DNA of 64,000 nucleotides, from contig OZ024745.1 of assembly GCA_964016885.1 (NCBI GenBank), forward strand, positions 127,782,001 through 127,846,000, given 5' to 3'. Made by a program: the position numbers and the translations under genes. Source of the stretch: Eledone cirrhosa (Eukaryota). Below the pieces are notes generated by a model. The model saw nothing but the letters and a program-made list of their open reading frames with translations. It ran no database searches and had not been told where the DNA came from. Of the stretch, positions 13,450 through 27,399 are shown piece after piece. The number at the start of each line of letters is the position of its first letter. Positions within the stretch are counted from its first letter, which is position 1.

Positions 13450-13548
13450 GACTGATCGGCCTGATTTGCATATTAACAGAATGGCTGATCAGTCAGATCT
13501 GCATATTAGTAGATCCACTGATCAGCCAAATTTGCATAACAGCAGACA
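13450..13548. promoter_or_regulatory. Three 33-bp tandem repeats each carrying an octamer (ATTTGCAT/ATCTGCAT)
   Basis: Motifs at 13464, 13497 and 13530. A regulatory function is inferred only. Confidence 0.4.
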
Positions 13549-14867
13549 GGCCATATATTTATTTGTGTTCCGTTGCAAGCACAGCGATGAAATGCATTTG
13601 ATTTTCAAATAGATGATTGTATTTTAGCTCTTATTGTTTGTATTCAACCAAAACCTCGGCTCTGCTAAGCCTTTCGATGGAAATTCTGTTGGCAGAAACA
13701 ATCTTTACCACATGATCACCATCACCACCACCACCACCACCACCACCACCACCACCATCACCACCACCACCACCACCACCACCACCACCAACAACACCAC
13801 CACCACCACTACTGCTATCAGTGCCACCATCACCCCCACTGAGCTACTTTCTAATTGCACTAATATGTTAATAGCTGAGTGTACCAGTTAATTAATACTC
13901 AGGCAGAATAACACGCGGTAGTGTGTGACAGAACTGGTCCTTTGAATTTCAGGAACAGTCCACCTTGTATTATATAGTGAATATAGCTGAGTAGTTCATA
14001 GATGTGTACAGTACATCCGAGTCTCTTCCATATCTTATATTAACTGAGTTTTACTCATTGAACCAGAGGTTTATGTGAAGGACAATAGCCTATAGAGCCG
14101 CTCAATAGGATCGAATCTAGGCAACACATTTACAAAACGATCTTCTTAAAAACTTCAACATCCAGACTTCAACACACATACTCAGACACATATACATACA
14201 CACAGAGAGAAACAAATAAACAACAATCCATTTAATGATAGCAACAATGGCCAAATGACTACTGTTTCGACAATGTGACTAAAGAGTATTGATTTCGTAA
14301 ACCGCAACACACATTGCACGATATATTGAATCATTGCTGTCCTAGTTTGAATATATATATGAATGCATTCAATTGTATATGTGTGTGTGATGAAAGAGAA
14401 AGGTGACGAATTAGAAGAGTTTTTAGAGCGCTAGATAGAATACCTTGAGGTATCTGTTCCAGCTTTCCCTGCCCTGGGTATAATCATCCAAGGTTAACTT
14501 TGCCTTTCAATCCTTTGAAGGTCTTAAGTAAATACAATTTCAAGGTGGTGGATCAGCGAAATTCATAAGACATTAGATAGTATTTCGATATCTGTTCCGG
14601 GTATCTGCGATCTGAGATGAAATTTTGCCAAGGGTTTAATATCTTTCTGAAATTTCTAGGACCAAGCACAGTGTGGTTTCCTCCAGTAATTGCGTAACTG
14701 TGACTCGTGGTACGATAAAGACTGGAGTATGCTGATATTGTTGCTGCCTCTGTAGTACTACATTGCATTTTCTGTTTTATGTTTTCCAGTTCTTCAGAGT
14801 AAAACTTCTTCAAATGACCCTTGAGTGGTACATAAACTTATACTATATTATACTATATTATTATACG

Positions 14868-15053
14868 TGGATTGGCAGTATCGGTAGAGGGTCGGACGCC
14901 ATGCTTTGATGCATAGAGTTAAGGCCCTTGCTATTCTGAGTTCAAATCCCGCCGAGGTTAACTTTGCCTGTCATCATTACGGGGTCGATAAAATAAAGTA
15001 CCAGTAATGCGCTGGGTAATTGCTGGCCTTGTGCCAAAAGTAGAAACAATTAT
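14868..15053 (+). mobile_element. SINE family A
   Basis: Consensus match. Confidence 0.9.
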
Positions 15054-15678
15054 GAACTTCACGCCTTCTGTTGCTCATCAGCTGATAAGTTAAGGTTTAA
15101 AGGAGATTATTTAGTAGATAGAACGATGTAATACAGTATTCCGTTATTACATGTACTAGTAGTAGTTGTGGTGGTGGGAAGAGCGGGAGGTATGGTCGAA
15201 TACACGTGTCTAAGGAGGTGGTGGTGGTAGTAGTGGTAGTAGTGGTAGTAGTGGAGGTCAGGGTGGCGGTGGTGGTGGTCGTGGTGGTCGTGGTGGTGGT
15301 GGAGGTCATAGTGGTGGTGGTGATAGTAACAATACAAAATTGGCTAATCATATTTCAAGTATTAACGAGTTGTGAGAAGTTTAGTGATATAGTTTCACTA
15401 ATCAGTATTTTATATGACTATAAATGTTACAGTATACTTACAATGACTTTAGATGAAGACTAAATTTCTTTATAATTTCCTCGCTAACACATACACACAT
15501 ACACACATACACACATACACACATACACACAAACACACATATATACACAAACACACATATATACACAAGCTACCCACCAGCTTACAATTAACAATATCAG
15601 AGTGTAATAGGTGTGTCAATGAATAGAAAAAAATGAAACGCTATACCTACATACATACATACATACATACATACACAC

Positions 15679-15779
<101 letters not shown>

Positions 15780-16014
15780 GATGCGTATGTATGTGAGTAT
15801 GTGTGTCTACCTTGTTCTCTCTCTCTCTCTTTATATATATATATATATAAAGGTAGATAGATAAATAATTAGATAGATACTGTGATAACTACATAGATAG
15901 AGAGGTATATTTATATATAGTTACCTAGGTAGATAACGGGAGAGAGATACATAAGCAAAATAGACAATGGCGTAAAAACTGAACGATATAAAAATATATA
16001 AATAATAAAAATTC

Positions 16015-16132
<118 letters not shown>

Positions 16133-16372
16133 TATATAAATAAATAAATATATAAATATATATATATATATATTGTATTATATTACGTTATGTGTACACA
16201 CATGCACACACACACACACACATATATATATATACATACACACATGTATATATATATATTGCTGTGTAGAAACAAAGGTAAGACAAACAATAAAAGACGA
16301 AAGTTTATAATGGAAACGAAAGATGGACAGGTAATTGAAAAAACACATAGACAGGTAGAAATATATATATAA

Positions 16373-16462
<90 letters not shown>

Positions 16463-16615
16463 TTATATATATATTAATTATGGATATGTATACATACATA
16501 TATATATATATATACATATATATATATCTAGATATATATATATATATATGTATAAATATATATATAAACCTAAATACATAAATAGACAAGGAGAGAGGGA
16601 GAGAGAGAGAGTGAT

Positions 16616-16666
<51 letters not shown>

Positions 16667-16864
16667 GAGAGAGAGAGAGAAAGTGGATGAAGGAGAAAGC
16701 GAGAAAATGGAGACAGAAGATTACTTGAGCTTATGAAAAAATTGGCAGGTGTTCAGAAGCAGCATTGTCGTTAGAGTCAGAATGATGGCGCCACATGGAT
16801 GACGTAGTGTCCACTGTAACAGCAACGAAATCAAGAGACTCTTCTGTTCACATAATATATTTAC

Positions 16865-16940
<76 letters not shown>

Positions 16941-16943
<3 letters not shown>

Positions 16944-17432
16944 AACGAGTAAGACCCCGACGGCTAATTCTGGACTAAAAAGTTGATTTTAGTCCAGAAT
17001 TAGCCGTCGAAACGGCTTGAGCTCAGCCGTCGGGGTCCTACTCGTTCCTATTACCCATTCTACTACCCTAAGTATTGAGTACTTTGGTGCGTTATGGTCC
17101 ACCTGGTTCCTTACCATATTTCCTTCGTTATATATATATATATATTATGATGTATATATATATATATATATGTATATATATTATGTATATATATATATCT
17201 CAGACATGACAACCCTTAATTTTAATTTTGTATATATATATATATATATATATGTATATAACGAAGGAATTGTGGTAAGGAATCAGATGGACCATAACGC
17301 ACAAGAGTACTTAATATTTAGGGTAGTAGAGTGGGTAATAGGAAAATGTATAACCCCGACGGCAGAGCTCAAGCCGTTTCGACGGCTATTTCTGGACTAT
17401 TTCCAGAAATAACCGTCGGGGTCATACATTTT

Positions 17433-17436
<4 letters not shown>
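16941..17436. mobile_element. Two fold-back copies of a ~170-bp (TA)n-embedded repeat containing a half-hammerhead (other copies ~23100, 36905, 45780, 51990, 58028-58230, 59525-59683)
   Basis: Shared GAAACGGCTTGAGCTC(A/T)GCCGTCGGGGTC and TATTGAGTACTTTGGTGCGTTATGGTCC, with local palindromes. Confidence 0.7.
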
Positions 17437-17492
<56 letters not shown>

Positions 17493-17576
17493 TATATATA
17501 AACATTTATATATATATATTTATATATATATATATATATTTATATACATATATATATATATGTATATATATATATG

Positions 17577-17609
<33 letters not shown>

Positions 17610-17612
17610 ATA

Positions 17613-17675
<63 letters not shown>

Positions 17676-17921
17676 ATGTGTGTGTGTATATATATGTATA
17701 TATATATATAATAACTAGAAATTGATTAACATATAAATAAACATGAATAATCACAGGAGATAATTTTTACAAGTGTGTAAGCACACATAGCTAGGTAGGT
17801 AACTAAATAAAGTTGACCAGAACTTCAAAAATAGATACCTTATAATATGATTAATCTTCCCTGTATATATTCCATTAAAGAAATATATTTTACAATCTAA
17901 TGTAGAGGACTTTATTTACAG

Positions 17922-17983
17922 AAAAAAGAAACAGTGGTTGACAAAGTCATACTTAAATGCAAGAAGACCCATCCAGACCCTAG
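17922..17983 (+). CDS. Candidate internal exon of an unidentified gene
   Basis: tttatttacag acceptor with upstream CTAAT and TAG|gtatgt donor. Two frames are open. No homology recognised. Confidence 0.3.
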
Positions 17984-18046
17984 GTATGTTATTATGATGA
18001 TAATAAAATTAACACTTAACGGGCAACGGCACATTCTTACACACAC

Positions 18047-18133
<87 letters not shown>

Positions 18134-18597
18134 GCGTGTGCACAGATAGTGTGCTAACTTCATTTTGGCTTCAACATCTCAAAGTTCTGTACTATGTTTT
18201 ATGTTCTTTGACTGTTGTTGTATTGCTGGCTTTACACAGCCGTTTTACTTCCGTCATTAGCGGCGGACGTTTTCTTTCTGTATCATTATGTTGACTTTGA
18301 TCAGTTTTCATAACTTTCCGTTTTATTAACACCCGTTGTCTTGTTGAGAAAGCTGTGGCAGTATTCTTTACATATTTCCTTCATATTTCTTTCTTAAAAA
18401 TCACATTATGTATTTTATCTCTGCTAACATAATTTCCTGGTGAAAACATTCTTGTTATTAGATTTACTGCTTTGTAAAGATATTTGATAGTATTTGTTAT
18501 AGAATTTTCATTTAATCTTACGAGAAATTTTGTTGATATTTTCTTTCTGAAACTATTATGTGTTTATTTATTGAAAAGAATATCACTATATATAGTG

Positions 18598-18653
<56 letters not shown>

Positions 18654-18794
18654 TATAAATATATATATAATATATTTTCTTTTTTTCTTTTATATTCAAT
18701 ATTAATATACGTCTCGGAAAAATCTCTTTCCCAGAGCTATTTTATTGTAAGAGACTATTTTGAGTTTCTAACTCAATATATACCTTTGATATAA

Positions 18795-18828
<34 letters not shown>

Positions 18829-18907
18829 TCTACGGATCATATATATTTGATATATATTTATCCTTATCGAACCCTCTTTGGATTTTAGTCTTCAAATTTA
18901 TTATTAT

Positions 18908-18963
<56 letters not shown>

Positions 18964-18969
<6 letters not shown>

Positions 18970-19067
18970 AACGCTTGGCGGATTTGTGTGTCATCCTTGC
19001 ACAGTTACCATGCTAATCATCTCTGTATCGTTCCAATTTTAGTATATGCATTGCTAAACGCCGAGAT
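18964..19067 (-). pseudogene. U6: U6 snRNA pseudogene
   Basis: Minus strand CATATACTAAAATTGGAACGATACAGAGATGATTAGCATGGTAACTGTGCAAGGATGACACACAAATCCGCCAAGCGTTCCATAT aligns to U6. Substitutions in the ISL and 5' stem; no oligo-T terminator. Confidence 0.9.
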
Positions 19068-20313
19068 GTTAACGCATCTACGGCATATATATCAACAAAA
19101 GCAAATTTTATTTTCATTTACATTCGATCTTCCTGTCTCACAAAAACGTATTGAATAATCGTTGAATAACGACAATTCTGTACCTTCGAAATGTGCGTAA
19201 AGGGATGATGTCATGAATTAAAATCTTGTTGAGTATGTGATACCATCTCTCCTCATTTTCTTAATATACGTAGTGGCTATTAATAGTACATTTTTCTTAT
19301 TCTTTTTCACACGAGGGCACCTTTGAAAGTTTGGAACCGGTCTATGTTAGAAGTACCTACCTACAGCATATGTCTATTTTAACTGATGGAGTTGTAGGGG
19401 CGATGCAATGATATAAGGTGATTTGTGAGCAAGTTAAAACTTAGCGTGTCCGATTTCCTCTAGGATTTCTTCCAAAGAAGGTTACAGAGTGAAGGATACA
19501 GAGTGAGAGAGGATACTTGAGAAAAAGATATAGAGGAAGAATCAACCACACTAGAATGATATTTTTATCGTCCTCGAGAAAATGAAAGTTAGGGGTGACC
19601 TCAACAGGATTTGAATTCAGATAGTACCACCTTTTAACTTTAAAGTATTGCGTGGGTTTTAAATGTAAATTTAAGGCTGACATCGATTGAACACACAATC
19701 GGGGTTTTGATGTTATCTAAAGAAGCCTTTACGTTCTGAGTTTAAATCATTCTGAGGTTAACTTCATCTTTCATCCTTGCGGGGTAGATAAAAACAAGTA
19801 CCAGTAATGTACTGGGATCGAGTGAATCGTCTTTCCCGTCACCTAAAATTGTTGGCCTTGTACCCAAATCAGAAACCATTTTTACTTGTCCGTTTCTCCG
19901 GTTGTAATATATAACACTTAATACCCATATGAGTATTTATAGATATCATGCTTTTCATAGATGAATGAAGCAAAATTTTAACAGTATTCAACAGGTTCAA
20001 TTTATCAGTGATCAGGTCGGAGAAGTGATAATCTATGATGATCTATACTTGACAGTACTATTACGAAAAGGGCAAAAAGTACATGTAACAGCATTTATGT
20101 TTTCTTAAGCAACTGAAACGCCCTTTCCCTCATGACACATATATAGGGTGGGTTAAGGTACATGGTTATGGTACTGTAATGTATTGATATTGGGGTGGGG
20201 GACACAGATATTTATAATAAGAACATCAAATATAGGTATCTCTCCATATCAATACATTACCGTACATTCCATATGGATTACCTATTGACCCATTAGAAGA
20301 GGGCATTTGATAA

Positions 20314-20398
<85 letters not shown>

Positions 20399-20522
20399 TA
20401 TACTTTGGGAGGGTCATGCTGCCAATAGTAACACACGCACCTGTTGGTTTTCAATTCCATTTAACATACGTTTCCGGTTGGTTGGTCAGTTGGTTCAATA
20501 ACCGGAAGTTTGTTCATATATT

Positions 20523-20565
20523 GTCAAAGCTCTTTCGTCACACATTTTGTGACCTCATCAGTAAC
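20523..20565 (-). ncRNA. Minimal type I hammerhead candidate (second copy 37641-37681)
   Basis: GTTA-CTGATGA-G GTCACA AAATG TGTGAC-GAAA-GAGC-TT-TGAC. The sister copy has a palindromic GATC loop. Confidence 0.55.
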
Positions 20566-20605
20566 TGGGTTTTTATTTTGTGTCTCTCCTTTATTCTGTC
20601 CTACA

Positions 20606-20656
<51 letters not shown>

Positions 20657-20954
20657 AATATAAATTATCGACAATCGCATTTCGGCCCACGAAATAACGA
20701 AAAACAATCTCCGAGATGTGCGGCAAGTGCTCAATGATTCAGATGAACCAGAGCTATAACAAACGTTAAAGGCCAAACACACTGAGACGATGGTTAAACA
20801 ATCACGCGCATAGCCAAAAAAACGATCAAGTAATTCGGGTCAAAGAAAAAAAAATATCTGTGATTGAAAATTTACCCAGACCCCTTGATGGTTGGTAAAA
20901 TCCAGCATTTGGGTTTCTGCGGCTCCTAAATCAAGTACTGTCCGCTTACATAAA

Positions 20955-21143
20955 TAATTGTTTCTACTTTTGGCACAAGGCCAGCAATTATCCCAGTGCA
21001 TTACTGGTACTTTATTTTATCAACCCCGTAAGGATGAAAGGCAAAGTTAACCTCGGCGGGATTTGAACTCAGAATAGCAAGGGCCGTAACTCTATGCGTC
21101 AAGGCATGGCGTCCGACCCTCTACCGATACTGCCAATCCACCA
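20955..21143 (-). mobile_element. SINE family A with 17-bp TSD
   Basis: CCGCTTACATAAATAAT on both flanks; inserted into an older repeat. Confidence 0.9.
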
Positions 21144-21315
21144 CCGCTTACATAAATAATGTTAGGCTTCTGGTAAGATGATTGAACAAGGAAGCCGCTT
21201 TCTCAACAGGTTTTAGTTCAATGTTAATACAAGGACTGACTATTGCTGACCCCATGTGGGGATCGGCAAGGGAGGCAACCCCTATATCAGGCGAATTAAT
21301 TCAGTTGTGTGTGTG

Positions 21316-21351
<36 letters not shown>

Positions 21352-21701
21352 CGTGTGTGTGCATATTTGGCCATCACCTGTCTCCTGTTTTACTTTTTAA
21401 ACTTATTTTTAATATCTTTTAACTGTCAAGCTGTTCAATCGTCTGCGCCCTCGTTCTATTTGTGTCGTTTTTACCGATATATGTACATATGTACACTCAC
21501 ACACATACACATACGTGCACACATATATAGACACATTATGTTAGTATTCGAATTAATATGTCTATCCCCATATCGGCTTATTATTATGAATAGATAAATG
21601 CATACATACATAAATACATACATACGTGCATGCACATATACATACATATACATATGTGTGCATACATATACGTATGTGTATGTATACAAAACTATATATA
21701 C

Positions 21702-21734
<33 letters not shown>

Positions 21735-21767
21735 CACACACACACAAACATATATATATATATATGT

Positions 21768-21870
<103 letters not shown>

Positions 21871-21882
21871 TTTATGTATATA

Positions 21883-21916
<34 letters not shown>

Positions 21917-21977
21917 CATATATATATACACACACAAATATATATATATACATATATGCAAACATACATATATATAT

Positions 21978-22038
<61 letters not shown>

Positions 22039-22538
22039 TACACACTCGCACACACACACACACATATATATATATATACAGATATATTCAATATAAATAT
22101 ATATATATATATGACACATAAAGACATGTATTAATATCGGACAATGCAAGATTTGCTTTGATCTTGTTCTGCGTGACGTAACAATAGGTAAAAACGGCGG
22201 GGTGTGTGCAACCAGGGAGTTTAATTCTACATCTTTCTCTATATGTGCATACGTGCATAATTATAATTATATATATGTATATGTGTAACTGTGTGTGCTT
22301 GTGTATGTGTAACTGTGTTTGCGCTTTATGTGTGTGAATATTCTCATTGTGTAGCTTGAGATCAATGTGGGTGTATATTTAACATTTCATGGTATATTAT
22401 ATATAATAAAGGTGACTGTCTTTGCGTATGAGTACATAGTACTATGTATATATTTATGGTTGTGTTTCTGTGTGAGTAAATATGGCTGCCTAAGTGCATA
22501 CGAATTTGTGTGAGAAAGTGTGTGTATGTGTTTGAGTA

Positions 22539-22591
<53 letters not shown>

Positions 22592-22684
22592 ATGTGTGTG
22601 TGTATGTGTTTGTGTATGTGTATATATATATATATATATATATGTGTGTATGTGTGTGTGTGTGTATGTGTTTGTGTATGTGTG

Positions 22685-22727
<43 letters not shown>

Positions 22728-22952
22728 ATGTGTTTGTGTGTTTAATAGTGGTGGACATTTTTACTGAATATCAATAAAGAAGTGGTGCTAGTGCTGTTAG
22801 TTATAACGGGAAAAAGAGCCTGGTGGTCATATAGAAGTAAATAGTGATGATGTTGTGATATTGGTCGTTGGAGGAGGTTGTCATTTTAATGACAATGCTG
22901 ACTGTGTTGATAGTTATATAATACTAGTAACATGCATAGTACATGTGTGTGA

Positions 22953-23000
<48 letters not shown>

Positions 23001-23067
23001 GTATGTATATATTTATATACACTCATCTCTGAGTCATTCTCTCTCTCTCCTTCCCCACTCTCTTGGG

Positions 23068-23101
<34 letters not shown>

Positions 23102-23157
23102 CGAGTCCAGAAATAGAACGGCTTGACCTCTGCCGTCGGGGTTAAACATTTTCCTAT

Positions 23158-23201
<44 letters not shown>

Positions 23202-23234
23202 CAATATACATATATATGTATATATAGTTTACAT

Positions 23235-23270
<36 letters not shown>

Positions 23271-23304
23271 ATATATATGTTTAAAAGAGATTGATTTATA
23301 TATA

Positions 23305-23409
<105 letters not shown>

Positions 23410-23799
23410 TTATATATATGTATATTTATATATATGTATATATATATATGTGTGTATATATATGTGTGTATATATATATAATTTCATACACTTAATATGT
23501 ATGTGGGACTATACACAAACGCACAAACATGAAAACACACACACACACAAATACAGACACACAAAAATCACAGACACAAACACTTACCCTTAGAGAGACA
23601 AACACCACCACACACAAACACACACAAACAGATACAAACAAACCCACATATAAATAAACACAGACACACACACACATAAACAAACAATCACACACAGAAA
23701 AACGCAATCACTTAAATACAGACACACTCAAAGACACACACAGAGAAACATACAAACACAGAAACATACACACACGAGCGAAAACACACATACACAGAC

Positions 23800-25025
23800 A
23801 CATACATATTCAGGGGCCATATCAAAGCTAGATATCACCAGCACTCCAATCACACACACAAACACAGACATACATATTGAGGGGACATATGAAAGCTAGA
23901 TACCTCCAACACTCCAATCACACACACACAAACACACACATACATATTGAGGGGCCATATGAAAGCTAGATACCTCCAGCACTCCAATCACACACACAGA
24001 AACACACACATACATATTGAGGGGCCATATCAAAGCTAGATACCTCCAGCACTCCAATCACACACACAAACACACACATACATATTGAGGGGCCATATCA
24101 AAGCTAGATACCTCCAGCACTACAATCACACACACAGAAACACACACATACATATTGAGGGGCCATATCAAAGCTAGATACCTCCAGCACTCCAATCACA
24201 CACACAAACACACACATACATATTGAGGGGCCATATGAAAGCTAGATACCTCCAGCACTACAATCACATACACACAAACACACACATACATATTGAGGGG
24301 CCATATGAAAGCTAGATACCTCCAGCACTCCAATCACACACACAGAAACACACACATACATATTGAGGGGCCATATCAAAGCTAGATACCTCCAGCACTC
24401 CAATCACACACACAAACACACACATACATATTGAGGGGCCATATCAAAGCTAGATACCTCCAGCACTCCAATCACACACACAGAAACACACACATACATA
24501 TTGAGGGGCCATATCAAAGCTAGATACCTCCAGCACTCCAATCACACACACAAACACACACATACATATTGAGGGGCCATATGAAAGCTAGATACCTCCA
24601 GCACTACAATCACATACACACAAACACACACATACATATTGAGGGGCCATATGAAAGCTAGATACCTCCAGCACTCCAATCACACACACAGAAACACACA
24701 CATACATATTGAGGGGCCATATGAAAGCTAGATACCTCCAGCACTACAATCACATACACACAAACACACACATACATATTGAGGGGCCATATGAAAGCTA
24801 GATACCTCCAGCACTCCAATCACACACACAGAAACACACACATACATATTGAGGGGCCATATCAAAGCTAGATACCTCCAGCACTCCAATCACACACACA
24901 GAAACACACACATACATATTGAGGGGCCATATGAAAGCTAGATACCTCCAGCACTCCAATCACACACACAAACACACACATACATATTGAGGGGCCATAT
25001 GAAAGCTAGATACCTCCAGCACTCC
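23800..25025. repeat. Minisatellite, ~60-62-bp unit, ~20 copies
   Basis: GAGGGGCCATAT(G/C)AAAGCTAGATACCTCCAGCACT(C/A)CAATCACACACACA(G)AAACACACACATACATATT repeated. Confidence 0.95.
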
Positions 25026-25350
25026 CATCTAGAGAAACAATTAGAGGATAAAGAAAGGAAAAAACAAATATGAAATCAACTAATCTATTTTTTTTATGGA
25101 AAAGAAAAAGAAAATAAGATTGAGGGTAATATGATATGATATAATATGTATGTATATATGTGTACGTATGTATGTGTGTGTGTATGTATGTGTGTGTATG
25201 TATGTGAACGTGTGTGTATGTGTGTGTGTGTTTGTGTGTATGCATGTGTATGTATATGTGTATGTACGTCGGTATGTCCGTATGTATGTGTGTAGATATG
25301 TATGTATGTTTGTGTGTATGTATGGTTGTGTGTGTATGTATGTTTGTATG

Positions 25351-25386
<36 letters not shown>

Positions 25387-25424
25387 TGTGTATAAATGTG
25401 TATGTATATGCATTATATATATAT

Positions 25425-26004
25425 AAATATTTCATATCTCCAAAGAAATACGGTGACGGTGTTAGGAAGCCGTAGCTATGCAAACACCGGGGTGGGGGCT
25501 AACGCCCTCTAGTGATGTCCAGCAGAAGCAAGGGGGACAACCGTCTATGCATTTCAGGCTTAACTGGCCTTCGTCAGGACGCCCCCCCCCCCCCGCCGCT
25601 TGCGACTACTGGACTGGAAGACAGGCGAGAATATATCCTTTTTCTCTTCTGTGTAAATGAGGTGATTAATCTCATTTGCATATGAAGCTGTCTTCTAGTC
25701 CAGCAGTCACAAGCGGTTGGGGGAGGGGCGTCCTAACGAAGGCCAGTTAAGCCTGAAATGCATAGACGGTTGTCCCCCTTTCTTCTGCTGGACATCACCA
25801 GAGGGCGTTAGCCCCCCGGTGTTTGCATAGCTACGGCTTCCTAAAACCGTATTTCTTTGGAGATACGAAATATTTATACAAATTGTATAAAGCTATGCTT
25901 GAAGCGAAATCCTATTTCTTATATATATATATATATATATAAGAAATAGGATTTCGCTTCAAGCATAGCTTTATACAATATGTATAAATATTTCGTATCT
26001 CCAA

Positions 26005-26008
<4 letters not shown>
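25425..26008. mobile_element. Fold-back copy of the ~335-nt hammerhead (retrozyme-like) family
   Basis: ~200-bp inverted arms plus a second palindrome around (TA)n. Same sequence family as 50468-51086. Confidence 0.8.
25542..25581 (-). ncRNA. Minimal type I hammerhead ribozyme
   Basis: CGTC-CTGACGA-AGGC CAGTTAA GCCT-GAAA-TGCA-TA-GACG, with a palindromic TGCA loop III. Confidence 0.75.
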
Positions 26009-26075
<67 letters not shown>

Positions 26076-26130
26076 CATAGTTAGATAGATAAATGGATAG
26101 ATATATGTAAATAAATCTTTGTATATACAC

Positions 26131-26219
<89 letters not shown>

Positions 26220-26443
26220 TTTAGATACATATGTGTGTGTGTATAAAATTCTTCTAGTGACAGCCGCATTCCTTAAATTTGATATCCTCACTTTGTTATT
26301 CACCCCCCCCCCCCCTCTAAGCTTAGTTATTTACAGCTAGGTTCATCCTAGAAAGTACATTGTCTTTCACTGAACACCAAAAGAATAGATACATTAACGC
26401 TTATTGTGCCGAGCTACACTTGGTCTCTTTCTCTCTCTCTCGC

Positions 26444-26491
<48 letters not shown>

Positions 26492-26513
26492 TGTATGTAT
26501 GTATGTATGTATG

Positions 26514-26612
<99 letters not shown>

Positions 26613-26668
26613 ATGAGTACATAGATATAGATATATATATATATATATGAATGTATATATATATATGC

Positions 26669-26731
<63 letters not shown>

Positions 26732-27399
26732 TATGTATATGTCTATATACACATACATATATATACATATATATATATATATACATATATCTATATGTAT
26801 ACACATATATGTGTACATATATATGTTTGTTTGTGTGTGCGTTGGTGCATGTGCGTCTGTGTGTGTAGGGTCAGGTTTTTAATTTCTAGAGATATCTGAT
26901 GTCGGTCATGTAGCTTAATTAGTGCAAAGTATAACTTGAGGACTTTCCAGATTGAAACTCATATTTCAATTAGCTGAAGTGGCCATTGCGTTACCCGTCA
27001 GTGTCGTATTAGAAAGTGTTGACACCATTTGGGAACAATCCCTTCAAGATTATTCAAATCTATGTGAGATGATTTGCGATGTATGTATGATATTTGTCTA
27101 ATATATGCAGTTCTGCTTCGGCTTCAGGATAAAATTTAAACGACAAGATATCTCTATTAGCTTAAATAAACGAAGGTGTATACAGATTTTCACACACCCT
27201 AATAACATAGTATTCCTACGTAAAGTACTTTAAAAAGCTTTGGAATGTTGGGCGAGATATATAGCATAGTATTCTAGCATGTTACATTTCTTGTTTAATA
27301 ACCCTCCAGCCAGTAGATCGGACTGTACGATTCTATACTAATATAAACTCACACTAATCACTTATAAACTACAGCTTCAATTTAATAAAAAGAAAAACG

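Noticed and set aside
14553-14813. 86-aa non-repetitive ORF
   Set aside because: No ATG start, recognisable motif or clear splice sites.
23800-25025. CRISPR-like regular array
   Set aside because: The intervening parts are near-identical (CA)-rich sequence, not unique spacers. No cas genes, and the context is eukaryotic.
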